Positions 8,373-17,138 of a DNA stretch of 64,000 nt are shown in pieces. Source of the DNA: Deltaproteobacteria bacterium (GTDB taxonomy: Bacteria > Desulfobacterota > Desulfobacteria > Desulfobacterales > JAFDMD01); NCBI GenBank assembly GCA_019306065.1, contig JAFDMF010000008.1, forward strand, positions 26,430 to 90,429, in the 5' to 3' direction. Both the position numbers and the translations under genes were made by a program. Position 1 is the first letter of the stretch, and each line of letters starts with the position of its first letter. The notes beneath the pieces were generated by a model. The model was not told the origin of the DNA. It saw only the letters and a list, made by a program, of their open reading frames with translations, and ran no database searches.

Positions 8373-9707
8373 TTAAAAACTACCCCTGCCATGCTTTTTA
8401 AAATGACGCTTTACCTGATACATAAAGGTTTTTATGGCAGTCTCCCGCGAAGGCTGATATGTGGAATCATAAGAAACGTCAAGATAAGGCATTCTTATTT
8501 TACTCATAATAGGCTTTACTATAGCCGAGGTTATAGCGCTCGGCATACAGGTAAACGGATAAACATTTACAACTCCGTTAAAACCATGCTCCGCATACGA
8601 TAAAGCCCCCGGTATGCTCAAACAGGCTTCCGTTCCTATATCTAACGTAAAAAGCTTTCTTTCTTTTATAATCTTTTCAAGATCCTTTACATTATGATCT
8701 TGAGCTATATTTAAAAATTTCACCGCCCTATCATATATCCGCTTCTGTTTATACTGCTGATAAAAAAAAATTTTCCCGTATTTTAATACATTTTTCATAC
8801 TATCCACTATAGGTTTTATTTTAAAAGAGGTTAGATTTAACCTGACCTCCTGTTCGGCATTCTTTAATTCTTTATAAGAGGTAAAATTAACCCATTCGGC
8901 AATAGAAGCGTTGACTACTTCGGCTCCTTGTTCTTCCAAATTTTTAATTAAATTCTGATTGGAAAAGGCATGACTTCTCAAATATATTTCGCCTACTATC
9001 CCTACCAACGGCTTTGGAGATATTGAAGAGTTCAACAATCTTTTTCCATTTGCCGCTATCTGTTCTAATTTTTTAAAAATAAAATTAAAATTGCCGGAAG
9101 CGGAATACTTTTCAAAAGCTTCGGATAAAATATTTTGAGCTTTTAAAATAAACCGTTCCGCAGCCCCGGCTTTATTTTCGTAAGGTCTTATTCTCATAAG
9201 AAGCCTGTCTAATATATCTGCCGCAACCAAAGCGATAAAAGAGGCTTTTCTTATTGCCGTAACCTTTTTTTTATCAATCATACCATCAAACGAATAAGAA
9301 TCTTCGGCAGAAAGCGAGGCTATCTTTAACTTTGCAAATTCAGGAAAAGAACTAAAAACTATATGCTGATATTTATTATACATTCCAAATCTGCAAGGGC
9401 CTGCGGTTTCAGGCATCAAATAAAGATATTTTTCTACATTAAAATCATCCTTTAATCTTTCTTTTTCCTTCTTTAAAAAATAAAGAATATCTCCCATAGT
9501 TATCTGACAAGGATAACATTCCTTGCCGGAAGTGTATTCTTTTCCGAGTTCAAGCGCTCGAGGATTGCAAGTTTCAAGCGTCTTTGCATCAATGCCAAAT
9601 CCTCTTAAACAAGCCGCGCAAAGATGGCTTAACATCTTGCTCATATCAGGAATCAGCAAAGTTTTATTAAAAAAATTAAAGCGTCCTATCTTTTTTTTAA
9701 AATACAT
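8373..9707 (-). CDS. Acyl-CoA dehydratase activase-related protein (DUF2229-like; no ATPase domain)
   Basis: GKECYPCQITMGD, GPCRFGMYN and VYPFTCMP are motifs typical of the C-terminal domains of CoA-substrate-specific enzyme activases. The ORF extends to a TTG at 9794; ATG 9707 is the chosen start. Confidence 0.65.
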   Translation of the reverse strand: MYFKKKIGRFNFFNKTLLIPDMSKMLSHLCAACLRGFGIDAKTLETCNPRALELGKEYTSGKECYPCQITMGDILYFLKKEKERLKDDFNVEKYLYLMPETAGPCRFGMYNKYQHIVFSSFPEFAKLKIASLSAEDSYSFDGMIDKKKVTAIRKASFIALVAADILDRLLMRIRPYENKAGAAERFILKAQNILSEAFEKYSASGNFNFIFKKLEQIAANGKRLLNSSISPKPLVGIVGEIYLRSHAFSNQNLIKNLEEQGAEVVNASIAEWVNFTSYKELKNAEQEVRLNLTSFKIKPIVDSMKNVLKYGKIFFYQQYKQKRIYDRAVKFLNIAQDHNVKDLEKIIKERKLFTLDIGTEACLSIPGALSYAEHGFNGVVNVYPFTCMPSAITSAIVKPIMSKIRMPYLDVSYDSTYQPSRETAIKTFMYQVKRHFKKHGRGSF

Positions 9708-9872
9708 CTTATTTCTATAACCATTAAAATCAAAATTCAATCCGCTAAAAATAAACAGAAGGAACCTTTTAAAAAATAAAAACAAAAAAAGCAAAGAAAA
9801 ATACAGCGCATCTTCGATGTGTTAAACCTGCTTTTTGCTTACCGCTATTTTTAAACCTTTTTAATCCGATAG

Positions 9873-9902
9873 TTGTCAATAGACAATATATAAACCTATA
9901 TT
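9873..9902 (+). promoter_or_regulatory. Promoter candidate with palindromic TTGTCaataGACAA box upstream of the formate dehydrogenase operon
   Basis: TTGTCA 9873-9878, N18, TATATT 9897-9902. The -35 lies inside the 14-bp palindrome 9873-9886. Confidence 0.3.
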
Positions 9903-10084
9903 ATGCTGCAAAAATATAAAGTAAAATTCATAAAAAAACGAATTTTACTTGCTTTTTTTAAAAAAAAGAGGCTAACTAGCAAAAACTTATTAATTGAATA
10001 TTAACCTAAAAAAAATCCACTTCATAAACTTATAAAACTAATTTTAGACACAAAAAGAATAATTATAAATATCGGAGAAAAATT

Positions 10085-13000
10085 ATGGAGATTTCAAGAC
10101 GTAAATTTTTAGGAGCCATAGGAGCTTCCGCCGTAGGAAGCGTTTTGCCCTCCTCTTTAAAAGCCGACGATACTTATATTCCCGCAAAAGATAAGTTGAA
10201 AGGCGCGGAAAAAATCTTTACAGTCTGCCCCTTTTGCGCGGTAGGCTGCGGAATGATCGCATACGGTAAAAACGGAAAAATAATCGGCATTGAAGGAGAT
10301 GCAGATCATCCTATAAACGAAGGCGCGCTATGCTCTAAAGGAGGCGCTCTGCTTGATCTTGTAAACAGCGAAAAACGTCTTAAAAAAGTTCTTTACCGGG
10401 CTCCGAAAAGCTTAAAATGGGAAGAAAAATCGTGGGAATGGGCAACTTCGCAGATTGCCCGAAGAATCAAAAAAACAAGAGACGCCACATTTTTACAAAT
10501 CGAAGACGGCAAAACAGTTAACCGAACTCAAGGAATAGCATCTATAGGAGGAGCGGCTTTAGACAACGAAGAATGCTATCTACTTTCCAAATTTATGCGC
10601 TCTATCGGAATTGCATATCTTGAACATCAAGCTCGTATCTGACACAGCTCCACAGTCGCCAGTTTAGCGGCAACATTCGGACGCGGAGCAATGACAAACC
10701 ATTGGATAGACATTAAAAATGCAGACGTAATAATGATATGCGGCGCAAATCCGGCAGATAACCATCCGATAGCGGCAAAATGGATAAATAAAGCCCGCGA
10801 AAACGGCGCGCTTGTTATAAGCGTAGATCCCCGATATACAAGAACATCCTCCTTATCGGATATCTACCTTAAAATCCGAAGCGGAACGGATATAGCCTTT
10901 GCAGGAGGCATAATCAATTATGCTCTTGCCAACAACTTAATTCAAAAAGAATACGTTATAAATTACACAAACGCATCCTTTATCATAAAAGAAGGCATAA
11001 ACTTTAACAACGGACTCTTTTCGGGATACAATCCGCAAACATCCTCTTATGATAAATCCGGCTGGCAGTATGAACTTGACGAAAAACAAAACCCCAAAAA
11101 AGACACTGCCCTCACCCATCCGCGCTGCGTTTATCAATTAATGAAAAAACATTATCAAAGATACGATGCAGATACCGTATGCAACATCACAGGCTCTCCG
11201 AAAGAGGATTATATAAAAGTCTGCAAAACATACACATCCACTTACAAGCCGAACAAAGTAGCCACTTGGCTTTATGCTATGGGAAGCACCCAGCATACGC
11301 ATGGCGTGCAAAACATACGCTCTTATGCCATACTTCAGCTTCTGCTCGGCAACATAGGGCTTGCAGGCGGCGGAATCAACGCTTTAAGAGGCGAATCCAA
11401 CGTTCAGGGTTCAACGGATATGGCTCTGCTTTTTCACATTCTACCCGGCTACTTAAAATCTCCGCAAAAAACGGATCAGACCATTGACGATTATCTTAAA
11501 AATACAACCCCTGTTACAAACGACCCCAAATCTGCAAATTGGCGGGGAAATTATCCCAAATACATAATCTCTCTTTTAAAAGCATGGTATCAGGAAAATG
11601 CGAGTTCCGATAATCAATACTGCTATCAATACCTGCCCAAAAGAAGCGAAAATTATTCTTACATATCCCTTTTCGAAGCAATGTATGCAGATAAAATAAA
11701 AGGATTATTCTGTTTCGGACAAAACCCTGCGGTAAGCGGCCCCAATCTTACAAAAGAAAGAGACGCGCTTGCTAAACTGGACTGGCTTGTAGCCATAGAC
11801 TTATGGGAAACGGAAACCGCTCAATTCTGGAAAAGACCGGGAGTTAATTCCGAAAACATAAACACCGAAATATTTCTACTTCCGGCATGTTCTTCGGTTG
11901 AAAAAGAAGGAAGCATTACAAACAGCGGACGCTGGTCTCAATGGCGTTATAAAGCCTCCGAGCCGTCCGGCGATTCCAAATCCGATCTTTGGATTATAAA
12001 CGCCCTCTACAAAGCGGTTAATAACGAATATAAAAAAGAAGGGGTTTTTCCTGAACCCATTACAAAACTACACTGGGATTACGGAGAGGACGAACCGGAC
12101 GTTCATAAAGTTGCAAAAGAGATAAACGGTTATTTTACTCAAGATACCGTTATCGGAGATAAATCCTTTAAAAAAGGAAATCAGATTCCATCATTTGCTC
12201 TGCTGACAGACGACGGCTCTACATGTTCCGGCAACTGGCTCTATTGCAACTCATATACAGGGCCCGATAAAAAAGATAACAAAACAGCTCGCAGAATAAA
12301 AAAAGACGCTTCAAATAACATAGGCCTCTTCCCCGAATGGGCGTGGCGCTGGCCTCTTAATCGAAGCATTATTTATAACAGAGCTTCGGTAGATTTAAAC
12401 GGCAATCCTTGGGATAGCAAACGCTGGGTTATAAAATGGACAGGAGACATTACAAAATGGAAAGGAGGAGATGTTCCTGACGGGGGCTGGGCTCCCCAAG
12501 ACAAACTCCCCTTTATTATGAAACCGGACGGAGTAGGACATATATGGGCGCCCAATCTGGCAGACGGTCCCCTGCCCGAACATTACGAGCCTTTGGAAAG
12601 CCCGGTTAAAAACCTGCTCTCTACCCAACAAAACAACCCTGCCATAAAACTATGGCATAAAGACGCTCCCGAAAAAAATAAAGTAGGCGAAAGCAAACGA
12701 TACCCTATAGTATGCACAACATACAGAGTCGGCGAGCACTGGCAGGCGGGAGCTATGACAAGAAACATACCCTTACTTGCCGAACTTGCCCCGAACATAT
12801 TTGCAGAATTAAGCGCCGAGCTTGCCCAATTAAAAGGAATCAAAAACGGAAACATAGTAACAATAGAAACCGCAAGAGGAAAAATAGAAGCTTTTGCTTT
12901 AGTAACCGGCAGATTCAAACCCTTTACAATCCAAAACAGACTCATACATCAAATAGGAGTTATTTGGCAGTTCGGATATGCCGGCATAGCTACGGGAGCA

Positions 13001-13090
13001 AGCGCAAACATATTAACCTCTCATGTAGGAGACGCAAATACAATGATTCCTGAATTTAAAGCTTTTCTTTGCGATATAAACAGAATTTAA
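10085..13090 (+). CDS. fdhA: Formate dehydrogenase catalytic (alpha) subunit, molybdo/tungstopterin, selenocysteine-containing, Tat-exported
   Basis: Tracked ORFs 10085..10642 and 10691..13090 are in the same frame, joined by TGA 10640-10642 in the context EHQARI-U-HSSTVASLAATFGRGAMTNHW (classic FdhA/FdnG Sec site). N-terminal SRRKFLG twin-arginine signal and CPFCAVGC 4Fe-4S motif. Confidence 0.93.
10640..10642 (+). other. In-frame UGA recoded as selenocysteine
   Basis: Conserved Sec position of formate dehydrogenases. Flanking residues match the family consensus. Confidence 0.88.
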
Positions 13091-13098
13091 ACTGTTTC

Positions 13099-13146
13099 TT
13101 TACCGTGTAATGTCAACGAGCGCGGCGAAAAAAAATCTTATAATTG
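13099..13146. repeat. Family B intergenic repeat unit (TTTACCGTGTAATGTCAACGAGC...ATCTTATAATTG)
   Basis: First 24 nt are identical to the copy at 27938-27985. Located between fdhA and the 4Fe-4S subunit gene. Confidence 0.75.
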
Positions 13147-13244
13147 TTTAAATGAAATACTCTATAAATAAAATTAAAATAAAAAAAATATTACGATTGG
13201 ACATATCCTATAAAAAATAAACTTTACGGAGAAATATTATAAAA

Positions 13245-14039
13245 ATGAAAGGTATGCTGATAGATTCAACCAAATGTATAGGATGCCGCGGATGTCAGAT
13301 TGCCTGCAAACAATGGAACAATCTGCCTGCGGAAAAAACCGAGTTTTTCGGAGGCGACGGATACCAAAATCCCGGACGCCTCTCTTCAAAAACATGGACA
13401 TTAATCAAATTTAACGAAATAAAAAAAGATACAAACGTAGAATGGATATTTAGCAAACAACAATGCTTCCACTGCATAGAACCGTCCTGCGTTGCCGTAT
13501 GCCCCGTATGCGCTCTTTTAAAAACAAAAAGCGGAGCCGTAATATACGACCCGAAAAAATGTATAGGATGCAGATATTGTCAATTAGCCTGCCCATTTGA
13601 TATTCCATGCTTTGACTGGGACAAGCCGGCGCCGGAAATAAAAAAATGCAACTTCTGCTTCGATAGAATCGAAAACGGAAAAAAACCGGCATGCGCAAAG
13701 GCTTGCCCCGCAGACGCCATTACATTCGGCGAAAGAGACGATTTAATAAGAGAAGCGGAAATACGAATCGCAGATAACCCAAACAAATATATCAATCATA
13801 TATACGGAAGATTTGAAGCGGGCGGCTCTTCGATACTACATATTGCAGGAGTATCTTTTGATAAACTCGGTTTTCGTTCCGACCTTCCGCAATCTCCGGC
13901 AGTTGTTAATAAATCCGAATTTGCGATGAAGGCAATCCCTTATATTATGACAGGACTCGGCATCCTGCTTGGCGGATGCAGCTGGATAATAAACCGCAGA
14001 AATCAAAATGAAGCGTCAAAAACCGAAAAACAAACTTGA
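13245..14039 (+). CDS. fdhB: Formate dehydrogenase 4Fe-4S ferredoxin-type (beta, HybA-like) subunit with C-terminal membrane anchor
   Basis: Multiple CxxCxxCxxxC motifs (CIGCRGCQIAC, CIGCRYCQLAC, CNFC...C) and a C-terminal hydrophobic helix. Confidence 0.88.
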   Translation: MKGMLIDSTKCIGCRGCQIACKQWNNLPAEKTEFFGGDGYQNPGRLSSKTWTLIKFNEIKKDTNVEWIFSKQQCFHCIEPSCVAVCPVCALLKTKSGAVIYDPKKCIGCRYCQLACPFDIPCFDWDKPAPEIKKCNFCFDRIENGKKPACAKACPADAITFGERDDLIREAEIRIADNPNKYINHIYGRFEAGGSSILHIAGVSFDKLGFRSDLPQSPAVVNKSEFAMKAIPYIMTGLGILLGGCSWIINRRNQNEASKTEKQT

Positions 14040-14119
14040 ATATCTCCGACTTGAATTACAAATTAAATGATAAAACAGCTATGACTGAATTTACAATTAC
14101 ATACATAACGAGGTAAATT

Positions 14120-15394
14120 ATGAAAAAAAAAAATACTTCGGTATCTTTGGGAACAATAATCTTAAACGTCCTTGCAATAACCGGAATAGCTTTAATTTTT
14201 TACCGTTTCATAAACGGAATAGGCGCGGTATCCAATCTAAGCGACGACTTTCCTTGGGGAATCTGGGTAACCATTGATATTCTTGTAGGAATCGCCCTTT
14301 CCTCCGGCGGTTTCATACTAACAGGCTCAATACACATCTTTGGAAAAGAAAAATTCGCAAAACTTGCGGATTATGCAATCATGACCTCCTTATTAGGCTA
14401 CCTCCTGTTTATGATAGGGCTTATAATAGATCTTGGGCGTCCTTGGAACCTCATGCATATAATATTTACAGGCAATCATACCTCCCCTTTATATGAAGTC
14501 GGATGGTGCGTAATCTTTTATACTACGGTTTTGATGCTTGAATTTCTTCCTATTCTGTTTGAAAAATACAACCTTGATAACGCCCGCAAAAATTTAAGAA
14601 GCATAACCCCATGGCTTATCGTTATTATGCTTACGGTATTTATATTTGCAATGACCCGCTCTTTAAAATGGATGGCTTTAATGGCGGCAATAGCCCTATT
14701 TTGGGAAATATCAATCGGATGCGGCATAATGCCCAGAAAAAAACAGATGCCAATAATACTAATTATAGCCGGCGTTATATTTTCTACCCTGCATCAATCT
14801 TCGCTCGGCTCAATCTTTCTTATGTCTCCTTATGACATGCATCCTTTATGGTATTCCCCGTTTCTACCCGTTCTATTCTTCTTATCCGCACTTATGGCGG
14901 GATGCGCAATGGTAATAATAGAGGCTTACGCCAGCGCAAAATTATTAAAACATAAAGCTGATGAAAACCTACTTTACGATTTTTCAAAAGCAATACCCTA
15001 TATCATATCAATCTATCTTATCCTGTTATCCGGCTCTCTTGTATATCAGGGAGTTATACAAGAAATATTTAAAGTAAGTTATCAGGCGATCTCTTGGGGA
15101 ATAGAGGTTGTTATAGGAGCTATAATACCTGCCGCTCTTTTTTTATCTCCAAAATTTACTCAAAAGAAAAAAGGAATGCTTCTTGCCTGCATATTACTTA
15201 TAGCCGGCGTTATATGGAACAGAGTAAATGTATCAATTATAGGCATAAAGGCTTACGACCCTGTAACATCTTATCATCCATCCCTTTCAGAAATATTAAT
15301 TACATTAGGGCTTATCTCTATAGGTTTGATAGCTTTTAAACATCTGGCTAAAATTTTAAACAAACAAAAAAATATTATAACCGATAAAACATAG
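14120..15394 (+). CDS. NrfD/PsrC/HybB-family integral membrane quinone-interacting subunit
   Basis: 424 aa with about 10 TM helices, directly downstream of the alpha/beta subunits as in complex-iron-sulfur-molybdoenzyme operons. Confidence 0.82.
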   Translation: MKKKNTSVSLGTIILNVLAITGIALIFYRFINGIGAVSNLSDDFPWGIWVTIDILVGIALSSGGFILTGSIHIFGKEKFAKLADYAIMTSLLGYLLFMIGLIIDLGRPWNLMHIIFTGNHTSPLYEVGWCVIFYTTVLMLEFLPILFEKYNLDNARKNLRSITPWLIVIMLTVFIFAMTRSLKWMALMAAIALFWEISIGCGIMPRKKQMPIILIIAGVIFSTLHQSSLGSIFLMSPYDMHPLWYSPFLPVLFFLSALMAGCAMVIIEAYASAKLLKHKADENLLYDFSKAIPYIISIYLILLSGSLVYQGVIQEIFKVSYQAISWGIEVVIGAIIPAALFLSPKFTQKKKGMLLACILLIAGVIWNRVNVSIIGIKAYDPVTSYHPSLSEILITLGLISIGLIAFKHLAKILNKQKNIITDKT

Positions 15395-15561
15395 AACGAA
15401 ATTTAATAAAATAAACAACTTGATTTATATTATGCATAGTTTTATTAAATAAAATCTATTGCAATCTTAATGTTAAAAAAAAAGAAGTTTTTTTTATAAA
15501 AAACATTGTCAAAAACGGAGATGGTAAAACTAAACTTTAAACAATACGGAGAGTAATAAAA

Positions 15562-16440
15562 ATGAAAAAATATATATATAAATTTTTATTAATAATAACT
15601 TTATTTACGCTTATAATATTTTCCATAACCGGCTGCACAACAATAAAAGCGGTTAACACAATAAAAGCCGGAGAAATTCAGCTTGCAAATAACATAGAAC
15701 GGGAAATATCGGTTGAAAAAAGCGCCCACGCTCTAATAATTAAAACCCATATAAACGAATCGGATAAAGAATATAATTTTATTCTTGATACCGGAGCCCT
15801 CACGTCAATTAGCAAAAAGGTTGCAAAAGAAATTGGCGTAGATAAAGGAATTAAAATCATCGGAAAAGACAGCGCAGGCAATAAAAAGAATATATCTTTG
15901 GTTCAATTAGATAGCATTGCCGTTGAAGATATTAAAGTAAAACAATGCGCTGCCGCTATAATTGACTTATCCGAAATTGATCCAAATATAGACGGAATTT
16001 TAGGATCCAATTTTTTAAGATTTTTTAAAGTAACAATTGACTATCAAACTCAAAAAGTAATTTTCTCAAATAACAATAATCCAACCGAAATTTACGAAAA
16101 TACACTTCAAATACCTTTTCAACAGGAATTTAAATACGGATATGCTCCGGTTATAACCTGTTCTATAGAGGATACAATATCCGCAAAATGTATAATCGAC
16201 ACAGGCGCATCTTATTTGGCGGGCATACCTCTTTCAATAATGAAAAAAACAAAAGCTTTTAAAAACGGCAATGTAATAGAAGCAAAAGGAAACATGAGCG
16301 GCGGAGCATTCGGAACGGATAAAAAAAGTTTTATATTGCTTGCAGATAAATTAAATATAGGCGGTTTTGTTATAACCGGCGCTCCTTTATTCTCCAATAA
16401 TACAGAAGATGAAAAAGCAATACATTTAAAAACGATTTAG
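15562..16440 (+). CDS. Lipoprotein with two retropepsin-like aspartyl protease domains (upstream part of a frameshifted protease-PDZ gene)
   Basis: Lipobox ...ITGC. Two D-T-G active-site motifs (ILDTGAL, IIDTGAS). Confidence 0.75.
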   Translation: MKKYIYKFLLIITLFTLIIFSITGCTTIKAVNTIKAGEIQLANNIEREISVEKSAHALIIKTHINESDKEYNFILDTGALTSISKKVAKEIGVDKGIKIIGKDSAGNKKNISLVQLDSIAVEDIKVKQCAAAIIDLSEIDPNIDGILGSNFLRFFKVTIDYQTQKVIFSNNNNPTEIYENTLQIPFQQEFKYGYAPVITCSIEDTISAKCIIDTGASYLAGIPLSIMKKTKAFKNGNVIEAKGNMSGGAFGTDKKSFILLADKLNIGGFVITGAPLFSNNTEDEKAIHLKTI

Positions 16441-16700
16441 ATTCTTTTGGAATAGCCTTTAATAAGCTTGAAGGTAAAACCATTGTTATGGGAATATTAC
16501 CCGACTCCGCAGCAGATAACGGGCAAATTAAAATAGGAGATGAGGTTGTAAAAATAAACTCAATTAAAACAGAAGAGTTATCACTAATAGATATAGTTAA
16601 TATATTGCGAAACAACACCGAACTTAATTTAAAATATTTAAGCGATAATCAACTTAAAAATATAACCCTTAAAAAAGAAAAGCTTTTTTCGGGTCAATAA
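16413..16700 (+). CDS. PDZ domain segment (downstream part of the frameshifted protease-PDZ gene)
   Basis: The frame is open from 16413 (KSNTFKNDLDSFGIAFNKLEGKTIVMGILPDSAADNGQIKIGDEVVKIN...). The PDZ fold therefore begins upstream of the tracked ATG 16488 and overlaps the end of 15562..16440. Confidence 0.65.
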   Translation, partial: KSNTFKNDLDSFGIAFNKLEGKTIVMGILPDSAADNGQIKIGDEVVKINSIKTEELSLIDIVNILRNNTELNLKYLSDNQLKNITLKKEKLFSGQ

Positions 16701-16794
16701 ATATAAACCGATAGAAATTTTAAAATGCGGCTGCCTCGTTTACATTATAATAGCGATAATCATAAATTATTAAAAAACTATACAGGAGGAAATT

Positions 16795-16965
16795 ATGAAA
16801 GATACAGATGTAATTGCTTATGAGCAAACAGAGTTTGAAGGAATAAAAGAAAAAAATATAAAAGCTCTTCATAAACTTATAGATCCCGAAGAAACGAAAA
16901 AAGATATAGCAGGACGTCAAGCAGGAGGAGCAACCATAGCTATTTCTTATGCTTTTGCATTTTAA
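16795..16965 (+). CDS. Candidate RiPP precursor peptide (56 aa), absent from the ORF track
   Basis: AGGAGGA at 16784-16790, 4 nt before the ATG. Peptide: MKDTDVIAYEQTEFEGIKEKNIKALHKLIDPEETKKDIAGRQAGG-ATIAISYAFAF. Sits directly upstream of the YcaO and radical-SAM genes. Confidence 0.6.
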   Translation: MKDTDVIAYEQTEFEGIKEKNIKALHKLIDPEETKKDIAGRQAGGATIAISYAFAF

Positions 16966-17020
16966 TTTCGTTTTTTCATAACATCTTATAATTAAAAATA
17001 ACTATAATGTAATGAGGTTC

Positions 17021-17061
17021 GGTTGTAACTTCGGATAATATTAATTTCCGAAGTTACAACC
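17021..17061 (+). terminator. Perfect 15-bp stem hairpin between the precursor ORF and the YcaO gene (partial terminator/attenuator candidate)
   Basis: ggttgtaacttcgga (17021-17035), 11-nt loop, tccgaagttacaacc (17047-17061), followed by ...aaaaattttt. Confidence 0.55.
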
Positions 17062-17138
17062 AATCAAAAATTTTTGAAACAATATTAATATTGTTTACTC
17101 ATGGAATCTATTAAAACAACTTATGGAACTATTTTACT

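Noticed and set aside
11179-13053. Alternative-frame ORFs inside fdhA (11179..11487 and 12712..13053, Arg/His/Lys-rich)
   Set aside because: They are low-complexity translations embedded in a strongly supported coding frame. The many antisense ORFs listed in trpD, trpA, trpB, ftsK, aor and other genes are rejected for the same reason.
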